Positions 31,366 through 40,931 of a DNA stretch of 64,000 nucleotides are shown here, piece after piece. The translations under genes and the position numbers were made by a program. Numbering within the stretch: position 1 is the stretch's first letter; every line of letters begins with the position of its first letter. Where the stretch lies: assembly GCA_963666285.1 (NCBI GenBank), contig OY762711.1; one strand, given 5' to 3'. The DNA comes from Sedimentisphaerales bacterium (GTDB taxonomy: Bacteria > Planctomycetota > Phycisphaerae > Sedimentisphaerales > SM23-30). Under the pieces are notes generated by a model, which ran no database searches, had not been told where the DNA came from, and saw nothing but the letters and a program-made list of their open reading frames with translations.

Positions 31366-31638
31366 TTTTCAGCTCATTTCCCACATTCTAGTAATGTTGC
31401 CTTTATTATTATTCGATTTATAGTAAGCATTCGTAGTTTATATATAGAACAAGGAAATAGCTAATGCGAAGCAACACATTAACTTATATCTTGTTTCTTA
31501 TATCTTATTACTGTAACCGTACTAACGGTTACAAATTAGTATGCAGATGCTCATTTTGAGCCTCAAAATACTGGAATGTGTTTTACTGAGTAACAAACTG
31601 TTATAGCGACAGTATCACACCGACATCAGATAAGTGCT

Positions 31639-33093
31639 ATGGCAACAGAAAAAATAGACAACCTGGACAACAACAAACAATATCATCCTGATTTTGTGCC
31701 GGTCCCGCTGCGCCACGTTTCTCCTGACATGCTTGCCAAAATCAAAATCTATCTGAACGGCAGTAAAGGTAATTTCAACCTGTACAACAAGGACGGGCTG
31801 GGCTTCACCAGGACAGACTATAACAGGCTGCTGGAAAACGATCATCAATTTGTTTATGTCTCTACCAAAGATTTCGGTAGCTACTACGATTATTTCAGCG
31901 ACAGCCTCCAGCCTATTCTGCAGGACAAATCTCTGGAGCTGTTCTTAAGAATCCAGTTTGCTTACGAATCCACTATCGCACTGGCAAAAAAAATTATCGA
32001 CAAACCGTTCTCAAATGACAGCATCAACGATGCCATCGATCATTCTCATAAAATTATCAATACGCTCTGCATCGAAGACGATGCCATGAGCTATCTCATC
32101 AAAGCGGCTAACCACAAGGACCATGACGTCTCCGTCCATATGGCCAACAACGCTACCCTTATGATGAGCTTTGTATTAAAAGCGGGACTACTTGAGAAGA
32201 ATACTTTATCTGTTCTTGGCGCAGGAGCTCTCCTGGAGGATATCGGAAAAATGCTGCTGCCGAAAGAACTTCTCGACAAAACAGAAAAACTCACCGAGCA
32301 GGAAAGAAAGACACTAGAGAACCATGTACAGCTGGGTGTCAATCATCTCAAATTGATTGACAACCTTGATGATGAAATACTCAATATTGTAAAATATCAT
32401 CACGAACGATTCGACGGCTCCGGATACCCCGAACAGCTCAAGAAGGATCAGATCCCTCTTATGGGCCAGGTAGCAGGACTGATTGATTGCTTCGAAGCTA
32501 TGATTTCAGCCAGGCCTTATCGGCCAAAACCATTAACGGTCGAGCAGGCTCTGGAAGAAATGGAAACTACAATGAAAGATCTGTTCGATCCGGATCTGTT
32601 AAAATGCTTCAGCGGATTTGTCAGATTCCATCTGCTGGACGATAAAAAGATTTCGGACGATGAGATGCTCAACTGCGATATATCTGCGTTACGCATTCTC
32701 GACAGAAAATCCAACCCGTCCGGTCGCCGTCATGACCGCGAGTACCTCAGAAAAAACGGGAAAGTCAATACCCTCAGCTATACCGATGATAAATGGATAT
32801 CAAAAGATACCGGAAAAATAACTGTTTATAATATCTCCCGGTCCGGCATAGGGTTCCTCTCCCAAAAACCATTCGAGGAAAATAAACTCGTACAGGTACT
32901 CGTCGATGTCGATAACAAAAAGGTGCCGCTCGTCGCCAAAACCGTTCGCACCAGCCGCCACCAGAGAGACTGGTACACTATCGGCGCTTCGTTCCTCCGC
33001 ACCCATACCAGGACAGAATTCCGCAAGCTCATGAACCAGCTGCACAACAAACCTATACCAGTTGCCGCCGCTGCCCACGAAGAAGAATATTAA
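31639..33093 (+). CDS. HD-GYP domain protein with C-terminal PilZ domain
   Basis: HHERFDGSGYP, RPYR; PilZ RRHDR and NISRSG; HD dyad reads ED (LLEDIGK). Confidence 0.88.
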   Translation: MATEKIDNLDNNKQYHPDFVPVPLRHVSPDMLAKIKIYLNGSKGNFNLYNKDGLGFTRTDYNRLLENDHQFVYVSTKDFGSYYDYFSDSLQPILQDKSLELFLRIQFAYESTIALAKKIIDKPFSNDSINDAIDHSHKIINTLCIEDDAMSYLIKAANHKDHDVSVHMANNATLMMSFVLKAGLLEKNTLSVLGAGALLEDIGKMLLPKELLDKTEKLTEQERKTLENHVQLGVNHLKLIDNLDDEILNIVKYHHERFDGSGYPEQLKKDQIPLMGQVAGLIDCFEAMISARPYRPKPLTVEQALEEMETTMKDLFDPDLLKCFSGFVRFHLLDDKKISDDEMLNCDISALRILDRKSNPSGRRHDREYLRKNGKVNTLSYTDDKWISKDTGKITVYNISRSGIGFLSQKPFEENKLVQVLVDVDNKKVPLVAKTVRTSRHQRDWYTIGASFLRTHTRTEFRKLMNQLHNKPIPVAAAAHEEEY

Positions 33094-33200
33094 TATTTCG
33101 GCTTCAGCCATTTAAATCTACTACGCCGCCCTGCGGCACCAAACTCCAGACATTTTACCTCTTACTTCTCCCTCCTCGATTTTCTCTTCTCTCTTATTTT

Positions 33201-33456
33201 GCGTCAGCTTAAAAACAAGTCGTGAGCGACAGCGAATTATTCCTGACGTCAACGTACATCAGGACACATTAACTCTTCACCCGCTTGCGACATTCGAGGT
33301 ATACTTAGTTCTTCACTTTACATCATATTCATTCTGACTCTACTATAATAGTCCAATCGCACACATTGCAAAGCCTTAAAACAAGCCGTGAGCCGTCAGG
33401 CGAACTCCTCAACTCTTCACCCGCTTGCGACATGCGAAGCATACTTAGTTCTTCAC
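33201..33456. repeat. Two tandem REP-like family B modules
   Basis: AAAACAAG(T/C)CGTGAGC...AACTCTTCACCCGCTTGCGACAT...ATACTTAGTTCTTCACT occurs twice. Confidence 0.75.
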
Positions 33457-33459
33457 TCA

Positions 33460-34875
33460 TCACTCATCATTCGGCCATCCGCCGCCTAACGATTTATACA
33501 AACTTATCAGGCTGGTACTGATCGCTCCCTGGCTTGAAACCTTCTGAGATTGCAAACTCAATAGCGAACGCTGTGCATCCAATACATTATTAAAATTCGT
33601 CAGGCCGTCGGCATATAATCCCTCTGCCAGCTTAACCGCTTCTGCTGCCGCTGCTTCCGCTGATTGCAATGCATCCAGCTTGTCCTGCTGCTGCTTCCAG
33701 GCCACCAGGGAATCCTTAACCTCTGCAACAGCATTCAAAACTGTCTCACGATATAGAGACTCATACTGCTGGTAGATCGCATCCTGAACCTCGATCTGGT
33801 TCTTGATATAATTACCGTCAAAAATGTTCCAGCCGATCGAAGGACCTATACTATAATAATCATTCCCGGCATCAAACATATTATCAAGACGAAACGCCTC
33901 ATAGCCGATCGAACCGTTCAGCCTGAACTTCGGATACAAATCTGACGTCACCTGTCCGATACGAGCATTCTGTGCTGCCAGCTGCCGCTCCGCTGAACGA
34001 ATGTCCGGGCGGTTACGTAACACATCCGCAGGAATTTTTACTAGCATATCAGAACTCACCGCCGGTATGGTTCCTTCTTCCGCAGCCAGATCGCTCAGCT
34101 CGCCCGGCATCTTACCCGTCAATACCGCCAGCTTATTGCTCGCCGATTCCACCGCACTTATCAACTCCGGGATAGTCGAACGGGTCGTCTCCATATTATA
34201 CTCGGCCTGCTTGACCGCCAGCCCGTCACTTAGCCCGGCATCCATTCTCGACTTCAAAAGTTGAAGTGTCTCAGACTGGGCCTTCAGGTTATCATATGCC
34301 ACCTGCAGCTGCTGCTGGCTCGTCCTCAGATTCGTATATGTCAAAGCCGTCTCCGCTGCGAGTGTCACCCACACATCTGCCAGGTCTGCTTCCACTGTCT
34401 GCAAATCTGCCTGGGCCGCTTCCACAGCACGACGCCGACCGCCGAATATGTCCAGCTCCCAGCCCGCATCAAAACCGGCCGCATGAATGTCATAGGTACC
34501 GCCGTTGCCGCGAGTTTCAACACTATAGTTCGTCCGACTGTAGCTGCCGTTCAGGTCGAGGGTCGGATAGTTAAACGACTGTTCCATACCCAAAACCGCA
34601 CGAGCCTGTGTCACCCGCGCCTTCGCCTGCTGCAAACTGTTGTTCGACTCCAGTGTAGCAGTTATCAGCTCGGTCATTACCGGGTCATTAAAATTCTGCC
34701 ACCAGCTTACTATCGCCGCAGCATCTGCATCTTCTGACACAACAACCTGGGTACTTGTATCGAGCGACAATGTTAATTCTTCTTCATTAGGCTGCTTGTA
34801 ATCCGGGCCGACTGTACAACCCGCAGAAATCACTGCAGCAAACGCGTATAATACTATCTTTATTTTTCGTGACAT
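33460..34875 (-). CDS. RND efflux outer membrane factor lipoprotein (NodT/OprM-like)
   Basis: Lipobox SAGC-TVGPDY, WELDIFG, RPDIRSAE, LYKSLGGGW; likely start ATG 34875. Confidence 0.92.
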   Translation of the reverse strand: MSRKIKIVLYAFAAVISAGCTVGPDYKQPNEEELTLSLDTSTQVVVSEDADAAAIVSWWQNFNDPVMTELITATLESNNSLQQAKARVTQARAVLGMEQSFNYPTLDLNGSYSRTNYSVETRGNGGTYDIHAAGFDAGWELDIFGGRRRAVEAAQADLQTVEADLADVWVTLAAETALTYTNLRTSQQQLQVAYDNLKAQSETLQLLKSRMDAGLSDGLAVKQAEYNMETTRSTIPELISAVESASNKLAVLTGKMPGELSDLAAEEGTIPAVSSDMLVKIPADVLRNRPDIRSAERQLAAQNARIGQVTSDLYPKFRLNGSIGYEAFRLDNMFDAGNDYYSIGPSIGWNIFDGNYIKNQIEVQDAIYQQYESLYRETVLNAVAEVKDSLVAWKQQQDKLDALQSAEAAAAEAVKLAEGLYADGLTNFNNVLDAQRSLLSLQSQKVSSQGAISTSLISLYKSLGGGWPNDE

Positions 34876-34882
34876 CAATATC

Positions 34883-37800
34883 TTACTCCTGTGTATCAAC
34901 AGTTCTATTTCCCTTAAACAATTCACGGATATTCTGGAACAATGCATACAGCCCCGGCACCAGCACTATACCGATAACCGTCGCCGCCAGCATACCGGCA
35001 AACACCGTCACACCTATCGACTTACGACTCGCGGCTCCGGCCCCCTGGGCTATTACCATCGGCAGCACACCAAGGATAAAGGTAAACGCCGTCATCAATA
35101 CTGCCCTGAATCGCTCGCGGGCACCATGGGCCGCAGAGTCGATCACCGATGCTCCGTTTTCATGGTCCACCTTGGAAAACTCAACGATCAGAATCGCGTT
35201 CTTACTCGCCAGGCCTACCAGCAGCACCAGCCCAAGCTGGGCATAAATCGACAACGCCTGACCCGCTATAATCAAACCTGCCAACGCTCCTAGAATAGCA
35301 ACCACTACCGACAATATTACCGGCACCGGAATACTCCAGCTTTCATACTGTGCCACCAGGAACAAATAGCCAAACACCAGTGCCATCGCAAAGATTATGC
35401 CGTTTCCGGTCGCGTTCTTCTCCTGGTAACTCAGGTCCGACCAGCTGTAACTGTATCCGTCCGGCAGAGACTCTTGCGATAATTTCTCCAGGGCCGCCAT
35501 CGCCTGGCCAGAACTCGTGCCCGGCATCATTAAAGCGGTCATACCAGCACTTGGAAACTGGTTAAACCTCGATATCGTACGCGGGGCTCGCTGCTTAACT
35601 ATTTTCACCATGGCCGAAACCGGGACAAGGTCGCCATCGTTATTCTTTACATATAAACCATTAATATCTTCCGGACTCTCGCGATCCTGCCAGTCGCCCT
35701 GAACTATTACACGGTTAACCTGCGTACCTACATTAATATCATTTACATAATACGAACCGAGATATGTCTGTAAGGTACTATAAACCCTCGACACCGGCAC
35801 ACCCAACGACTCGGCCTTGGTACGGTCCAGATCGATATATATATGCGGGGTATCTGCCGAATAGCCGCTAAACGCCATCATGATCTCCTGCTGTGCCATC
35901 ATCTGCATCTGCATCGCCTGCATTACAGTTTGCAGTTTCAGCGGGTCCGGGTCGCCGGTCGCCTGAAGCTGATAACTCAAACCACTTGTCACGCCCAATC
36001 CCATAATAGCCGGCGGTGCGATCAGGTTAATGTTGGCGTTGGGTATCGCGCCATACTGAGCGGTCAGCTTGCCCATTATAGTAGACAACTGAAGGTCCGG
36101 ACTCTTTCGCTTATCCCACGACTCCAGACCAATTACAATAAAGCCCATATTCTCACCGGTTCCGCTGAAACTGAAACCGGAAATCGCCAGTGTATAATCT
36201 ACGCCTTCGGTATCTGTTGCAATGTTTAGTGCCTTCTCCATTACCTCGTTCGTTCGTATCTGGCTCGCTCCCTCCGGCAGCTGCACCAATCCAAACAGCA
36301 CGCTCTGGTCTTCCTGCGGCAATAAACTTGTTGGCAGCATATTTACTACCTTATAGTTAATGGCTACAAATAATACCACTACAAATATTACAAGGGCAAA
36401 TCGACGTGCCAGCCATACCGAACCGGCCACATATCCGTTCCTGGTAACTTCCAGTATACCGTTAAACCAGCCCAGCGGACCGCGACGGTACAACTTCGTC
36501 GGCTTCAGTAATGTTGCACACAATGCCGGGCTCAATGTCAACGCGTTTATTGACGAGAATAAAACCGCCGTCGAAATCGTTACCGCAAACTGCTGATATA
36601 TCTTACCTGTTATACCCGGAATAAATCCTACCGGGACAAAAATCGCCAGCAGCACCAGCGTCGTCGCTATAATAGCGCCCGTTATCTGCTCCATGGCTTT
36701 TATCGTCGCCGCTTTATGCTCCAGGTCTTCTTCTTCCATGATATGCAGTACACGCTCAACTACTACAATCGCGTCATCAACTACCAGCCCGATCGCCAGC
36801 ACCAACGCAAACAACGTCAATGCATTAATACTGTATCCCAGTGCCATCAATACCGCAAATGTCGCCAGCAGTGATACTGGAATTGTTACCGACGGGATAA
36901 TGGTCGCCCGCCAATCCTGCAAAAACAGGTAACAGACAAATACCACCAAACCAAAAGTCAGCAGCAATGTAGAAACAATCTCTTCAATCGACGCCTCTAC
37001 ATAATCTGTCGAATCATATGCCATCTGACATACCATATCTTCCGGAAACTGCTCGCTCAGCTCGGCTATTGTCTTTTCGATATCGGCCATCGCGTCCAAC
37101 GCATTCGTTCCCGGGGTCTGACTTATCGCTATCGGAACCGCTATCTGACCCTGGTACTTCGCTGAAAATAAATACGAGTCCGCTCCAAGCTCAACTCGGG
37201 CAACATCCTTTAGCTTCACCACCGCTCCGTCTGAATTTGTCGATATTACTATATTCTCAAATTCTTCCGCGGTATTCAATCTACCTCTTGTCATAAGGGT
37301 ATATGTTATCTGCTGCTCGCCGCTGCCCGGTGCCGTTCCGATCGAACCGACAGACGCCTGGATATTCTGGCTCTGGATAGCTCCGATTATATCATCCGAT
37401 GTCAGGTTCATACTTGACGCTCGATCTGTATCAACCCAAACTCGCATACTGTATTTAGGGGCGTAAACCATCGCGCTGCCAACTCCGTCAATACGCTGCA
37501 ATGGCTTTACTATATAACGATATGCATAATCACTTAAAAACTGCTGATCGTAAGAGTTATTCGGTGACCGAATTACCATAAAGCCTAACATTGAGCTTGA
37601 CCTCGATGTTACACTTATGCCCATATTCGTTACTTCACTCGGCAGCCTCGGTGTCGCCTGCTGAATTCGGTTCTGGACCTTTACCTGTGCTATGTCAGGG
37701 TCGGTACCAACCTCAAATGTTACCGTCAATGAATACTCTCCGGTATTAGAGCATTGAGAGCTCATATAGATCATGCCCTCTACTCCGTTTACCTCATCTT

Positions 37801-37999
37801 CGATCGGCGACGCTACCGCATCCGACACCACCTGGGCACTCGCTCCGGGATAATTCGCTCTTACCTCTATCTGCGGCGGTGCTATCTCAGGATACATCGC
37901 TATCGGCAATCGAAGCATCGACAGTGTTCCGGCCAAAACCAGAACTATAGATATAACTCCGGCAAATCGCGGACGTTCTATAAATGTTCTTGATAACAT
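34883..37999 (-). CDS. HAE1-family RND efflux permease (AcrB/BepE-like)
   Basis: FIERPRFA, GLVVDDAIVVVE, KNAILIVEF, RFRAVLMT. Confidence 0.95.
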   Translation of the reverse strand: MLSRTFIERPRFAGVISIVLVLAGTLSMLRLPIAMYPEIAPPQIEVRANYPGASAQVVSDAVASPIEDEVNGVEGMIYMSSQCSNTGEYSLTVTFEVGTDPDIAQVKVQNRIQQATPRLPSEVTNMGISVTSRSSSMLGFMVIRSPNNSYDQQFLSDYAYRYIVKPLQRIDGVGSAMVYAPKYSMRVWVDTDRASSMNLTSDDIIGAIQSQNIQASVGSIGTAPGSGEQQITYTLMTRGRLNTAEEFENIVISTNSDGAVVKLKDVARVELGADSYLFSAKYQGQIAVPIAISQTPGTNALDAMADIEKTIAELSEQFPEDMVCQMAYDSTDYVEASIEEIVSTLLLTFGLVVFVCYLFLQDWRATIIPSVTIPVSLLATFAVLMALGYSINALTLFALVLAIGLVVDDAIVVVERVLHIMEEEDLEHKAATIKAMEQITGAIIATTLVLLAIFVPVGFIPGITGKIYQQFAVTISTAVLFSSINALTLSPALCATLLKPTKLYRRGPLGWFNGILEVTRNGYVAGSVWLARRFALVIFVVVLFVAINYKVVNMLPTSLLPQEDQSVLFGLVQLPEGASQIRTNEVMEKALNIATDTEGVDYTLAISGFSFSGTGENMGFIVIGLESWDKRKSPDLQLSTIMGKLTAQYGAIPNANINLIAPPAIMGLGVTSGLSYQLQATGDPDPLKLQTVMQAMQMQMMAQQEIMMAFSGYSADTPHIYIDLDRTKAESLGVPVSRVYSTLQTYLGSYYVNDINVGTQVNRVIVQGDWQDRESPEDINGLYVKNNDGDLVPVSAMVKIVKQRAPRTISRFNQFPSAGMTALMMPGTSSGQAMAALEKLSQESLPDGYSYSWSDLSYQEKNATGNGIIFAMALVFGYLFLVAQYESWSIPVPVILSVVVAILGALAGLIIAGQALSIYAQLGLVLLVGLASKNAILIVEFSKVDHENGASVIDSAAHGARERFRAVLMTAFTFILGVLPMVIAQGAGAASRKSIGVTVFAGMLAATVIGIVLVPGLYALFQNIRELFKGNRTVDTQE

Positions 38000-38085
38000 A
38001 CTATTTCCTTTTTATTAGCCAGCTTATTGCTGCTTACTTTTTATCTTATATTAAGCTTTCGCCAGAAACTTACTTTCAAACCTGC

Positions 38086-38158
38086 TTTAATACAAGCCGT
38101 CCGCGAATGCGGATTATTCCTGATGTCAACGTACATCAAAACAACTTAATTCTTCTCA
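38086..38158. repeat. REP-like family B module inside the efflux operon
   Basis: TACAAGCCGTCCGCGAATGCGGATTATTCCTGATGTCAACGTACATCA, nearly identical to 43341-43395. Confidence 0.75.
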
Positions 38159-39319
38159 TCACTTGCTAATTACTACTTCGCTTTCCGGACGAACCTTCTG
38201 CAAGCCCTGCACTATTATTTTGTCGCCTATCGCCAGGCCGCTCTCTACCACTATACCGCTCTGGGTTTCGCGGCCTGTAACAATCGGACGAATCTGCGCT
38301 TTACTCTCGGCATCTACTACATATACCAGGCTGCCCTTATCGGCACTCATTATCGCGGTATGCGGGATCACAATCCCTTCCGGTCGATCGTTATCTGTTA
38401 TCCGAACATTTACATAAGCGCCCGGCACAAGCCTTCGAGCTTTATTGTCAAACTTGGCACGAATCGCTATCGTAGCGGTCTTCTTATCTATCTGGTTATC
38501 TTCAAAATCAAAACCGCTGCCCTGGCTCAGCTCGGTTCCGTCCGGCAGGATAATAGAAACATTCAGACGGCCTTCCTTAAACTTATTCAAAATGTCATGG
38601 TACTCATCGTCATTCAGCGAAAATACTACGCGTACCGGGTCTGTCTTTACCACCCTGGCCAGTGTACCGCTGGCACTGCTGACATAATTTCCCTCGGTTA
38701 TCAATGCCTTACCGATATATCCATCAATCGGTGATACGATCTCGGTTCGGTTCAAATCGATCTCGGCCAGAGTTATATTTGCCTTGCTCGCCTGCACCAG
38801 GGCCTTGCCGCTCTCAACGCCGCTTACCGCATTATCCAGGTCCAGCTGCGAGATACTCTTGGGATCTGCCGACTTCAATCGTTTCAACAGCTTTTCCGCC
38901 TGCGACAGGCTCGCCTCCGCCTGCGACAGCTCGGCTTTACGAAGCTCTACCATCGCCTCGTACTGCTGCTTTTCAACCTTGAACAGAACCTGACCTTTTG
39001 TTACTTTCGTGCCCTCTTCAAAATTCACCGACTCCAAATATCCGCTTACCTGCGGCATAATATCTACGGTCTCCATCGCCTCAACGTAGCCGATATACTC
39101 CAGCGGAATATCGATAAAAGACTTTTCAGCCGATATCACATTCACTCCCGGAGCGCCGCCGCCGCCCATCATAGCTGCCATAGGGTTCGCGCCCGCTCCG
39201 GCTCCGGCCTGCTTCGCGGCATAATGTATCCCGCCCCAGAAGCACAGACCCATCAGTACCAACGCTATTACTATTCCTATCCCGGACTTACCTTTTTCAT
39301 TCTGTCTGTTATGTGACAT
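38159..39319 (-). CDS. RND efflux membrane fusion protein
   Basis: PQVSGYL..F.EG..V.KGQVLF, IVSPIDG, LVPGAYV, GLQKVRP. Confidence 0.93.
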   Translation of the reverse strand: MSHNRQNEKGKSGIGIVIALVLMGLCFWGGIHYAAKQAGAGAGANPMAAMMGGGGAPGVNVISAEKSFIDIPLEYIGYVEAMETVDIMPQVSGYLESVNFEEGTKVTKGQVLFKVEKQQYEAMVELRKAELSQAEASLSQAEKLLKRLKSADPKSISQLDLDNAVSGVESGKALVQASKANITLAEIDLNRTEIVSPIDGYIGKALITEGNYVSSASGTLARVVKTDPVRVVFSLNDDEYHDILNKFKEGRLNVSIILPDGTELSQGSGFDFEDNQIDKKTATIAIRAKFDNKARRLVPGAYVNVRITDNDRPEGIVIPHTAIMSADKGSLVYVVDAESKAQIRPIVTGRETQSGIVVESGLAIGDKIIVQGLQKVRPESEVVISK

Positions 39320-39632
39320 AACTACTCCGTCTTTTATATATTAATATTATTCTTTTGTTAGTTTACCGTATAAAGCAAACCTGCTTTTACGACTGCTATT
39401 AATAACCAGTCCCGCCAACCTGTCGCCATGTAGCCTTGACGAAAGGGAAAGGCGTATACCTGGATTATTTATTATTTAATGTTACCTCTTCCCCGGCACC
39501 AGCCGATTTAAACTGGTGTGCCGCACCGCGGCTTTCCTCCCCTTATAACCTATACCTTAAACCATATCCAACTTTTTTTCCACATACCTCGCCATATTTT
39601 AGCTATTAACTTAATTTTATCTATGCCATACC

Positions 39633-40304
39633 CTAATCTAAACCTGCACTCTTACCTCTACTCTCTGTTTCGATTATTCCATTAAACACAATATTTACAA
39701 CCTTGGCCCAATGTTCCTCAACTGTCAGCTCTTCGCCGCTGAACGGGCAACGCTTCAAACACATCTCATCCATCACCCGAAATATCTGGTATTCTATCAT
39801 ACGCTTGGCATAAGATACATCCAAATCTGCTCGCAGCACGCCAAACGCCACACCTTTCTCCATATAATTCTCCAAAACATCCCAGATACTCACCATAGTC
39901 GGCAATATATTCTCCTGCCAAAGCGACTCATCGGCAAAATTCTCGCTTACCCTGTTTCGCAAAAACATCTTTACAAAATCACTATTAGCAACTCCAAACT
40001 CTAGCCTCGCAAAAACATAATCTGATATTGACTTTAGCGGATCTTCCACTTCTAACGCCAGCAGTTTTTCCTTAAAATCGATATTCTTCTCGGCATGCAT
40101 CTCAAATATACTACGGTATATCTCTTCCTTACCACCAAAAAAATTATACAAACTGCCAACCGAGCATTCATACTCACGGGCAATATCTTCCATCGTGCAT
40201 TCGTGATAACCATTCTGGGCAAAACACTTCTGCGCCGCCAGCAGTATTTCCTCACGTCGGCGCTTCTTTTCGCGCTCTTTTCTACTTATCTTATCTGCTG
40301 CCAT
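39633..40304 (-). CDS. TetR/AcrR family transcriptional regulator
   Basis: ILLAA..CF...GY...TMEDIA...SVGSLYNFF..KEEI HTH. Confidence 0.92.
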   Translation of the reverse strand: MAADKISRKEREKKRRREEILLAAQKCFAQNGYHECTMEDIAREYECSVGSLYNFFGGKEEIYRSIFEMHAEKNIDFKEKLLALEVEDPLKSISDYVFARLEFGVANSDFVKMFLRNRVSENFADESLWQENILPTMVSIWDVLENYMEKGVAFGVLRADLDVSYAKRMIEYQIFRVMDEMCLKRCPFSGEELTVEEHWAKVVNIVFNGIIETESRGKSAGLD

Positions 40305-40561
40305 ATTGTTCCATACTACGATCCATCATTTTCTTGTTTTGTAAGCATTCACAAGTGCGTTATTTGCGCCAGACTCTGTGTTTGCGGAGCTTTAAATATA
40401 GTTCGCGATAAGCGATACCATAGCTTATTTCTTTTTACTTATATCTTATTACTGTAACCGCGTGAACGGTTACCTTATTTTTATGTATCGTTTTTATTTA
40501 TAACGTTCATAACGTATTACAATATATATAATTGCAATGATTATTTAAGGAGCCGACATAT

Positions 40562-40637
40562 GCGCCAGCTTTAAAACAAGTCGTCCGCGAATGCGGACAC
40601 CTCAACTTTTCATTTTTCACTATTCATTTTTCATTTA
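40562..40637. repeat. REP-like family B module with heptamer tail
   Basis: GCGCCAGCTTTAAAACAAGTCGTCCGCGAATGCGGACAC identical to 43973-44011. Confidence 0.75.
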
Positions 40638-40714
40638 GCATAGCTTACCTCTTACCTGTTCTTGTTTCATAATTCAACATCCATAATTCATATTTGAATA
40701 TTTTCCTTACTAAA

Positions 40715-40776
40715 TGAACAACTATTCATTAATATGAAGGATAATTCATTATACTGAATATATATTCACCAGTCAA
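40715..40776 (-). promoter_or_regulatory. Sigma-70-type promoter overlapped by three TGAA-N6-TTCA palindromes (probable TetR operators)
   Basis: Minus strand TTGACT (40776-40771)-N17-TATAAT (40753-40748); palindromes at 40715, 40735 and 40755. Confidence 0.8.
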
Positions 40777-40931
40777 GCCACAAAATCAAAAAAAATCGCA
40801 AATCTCCTAAAAAAACCTCCCGCAAAACCACATAAACACCTTCTATAAAATAACTTAAAAAAACATAAAAATACCCACCATCACCCATTTTTTCCACTTC
40901 CAACCAACCCAAAACCGATAAATTAAATTGC

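Noticed and set aside
31258..31464. Leu/Ser/Phe-rich 68-aa ORF
   Set aside because: Translation of the pyrimidine heptamer tract
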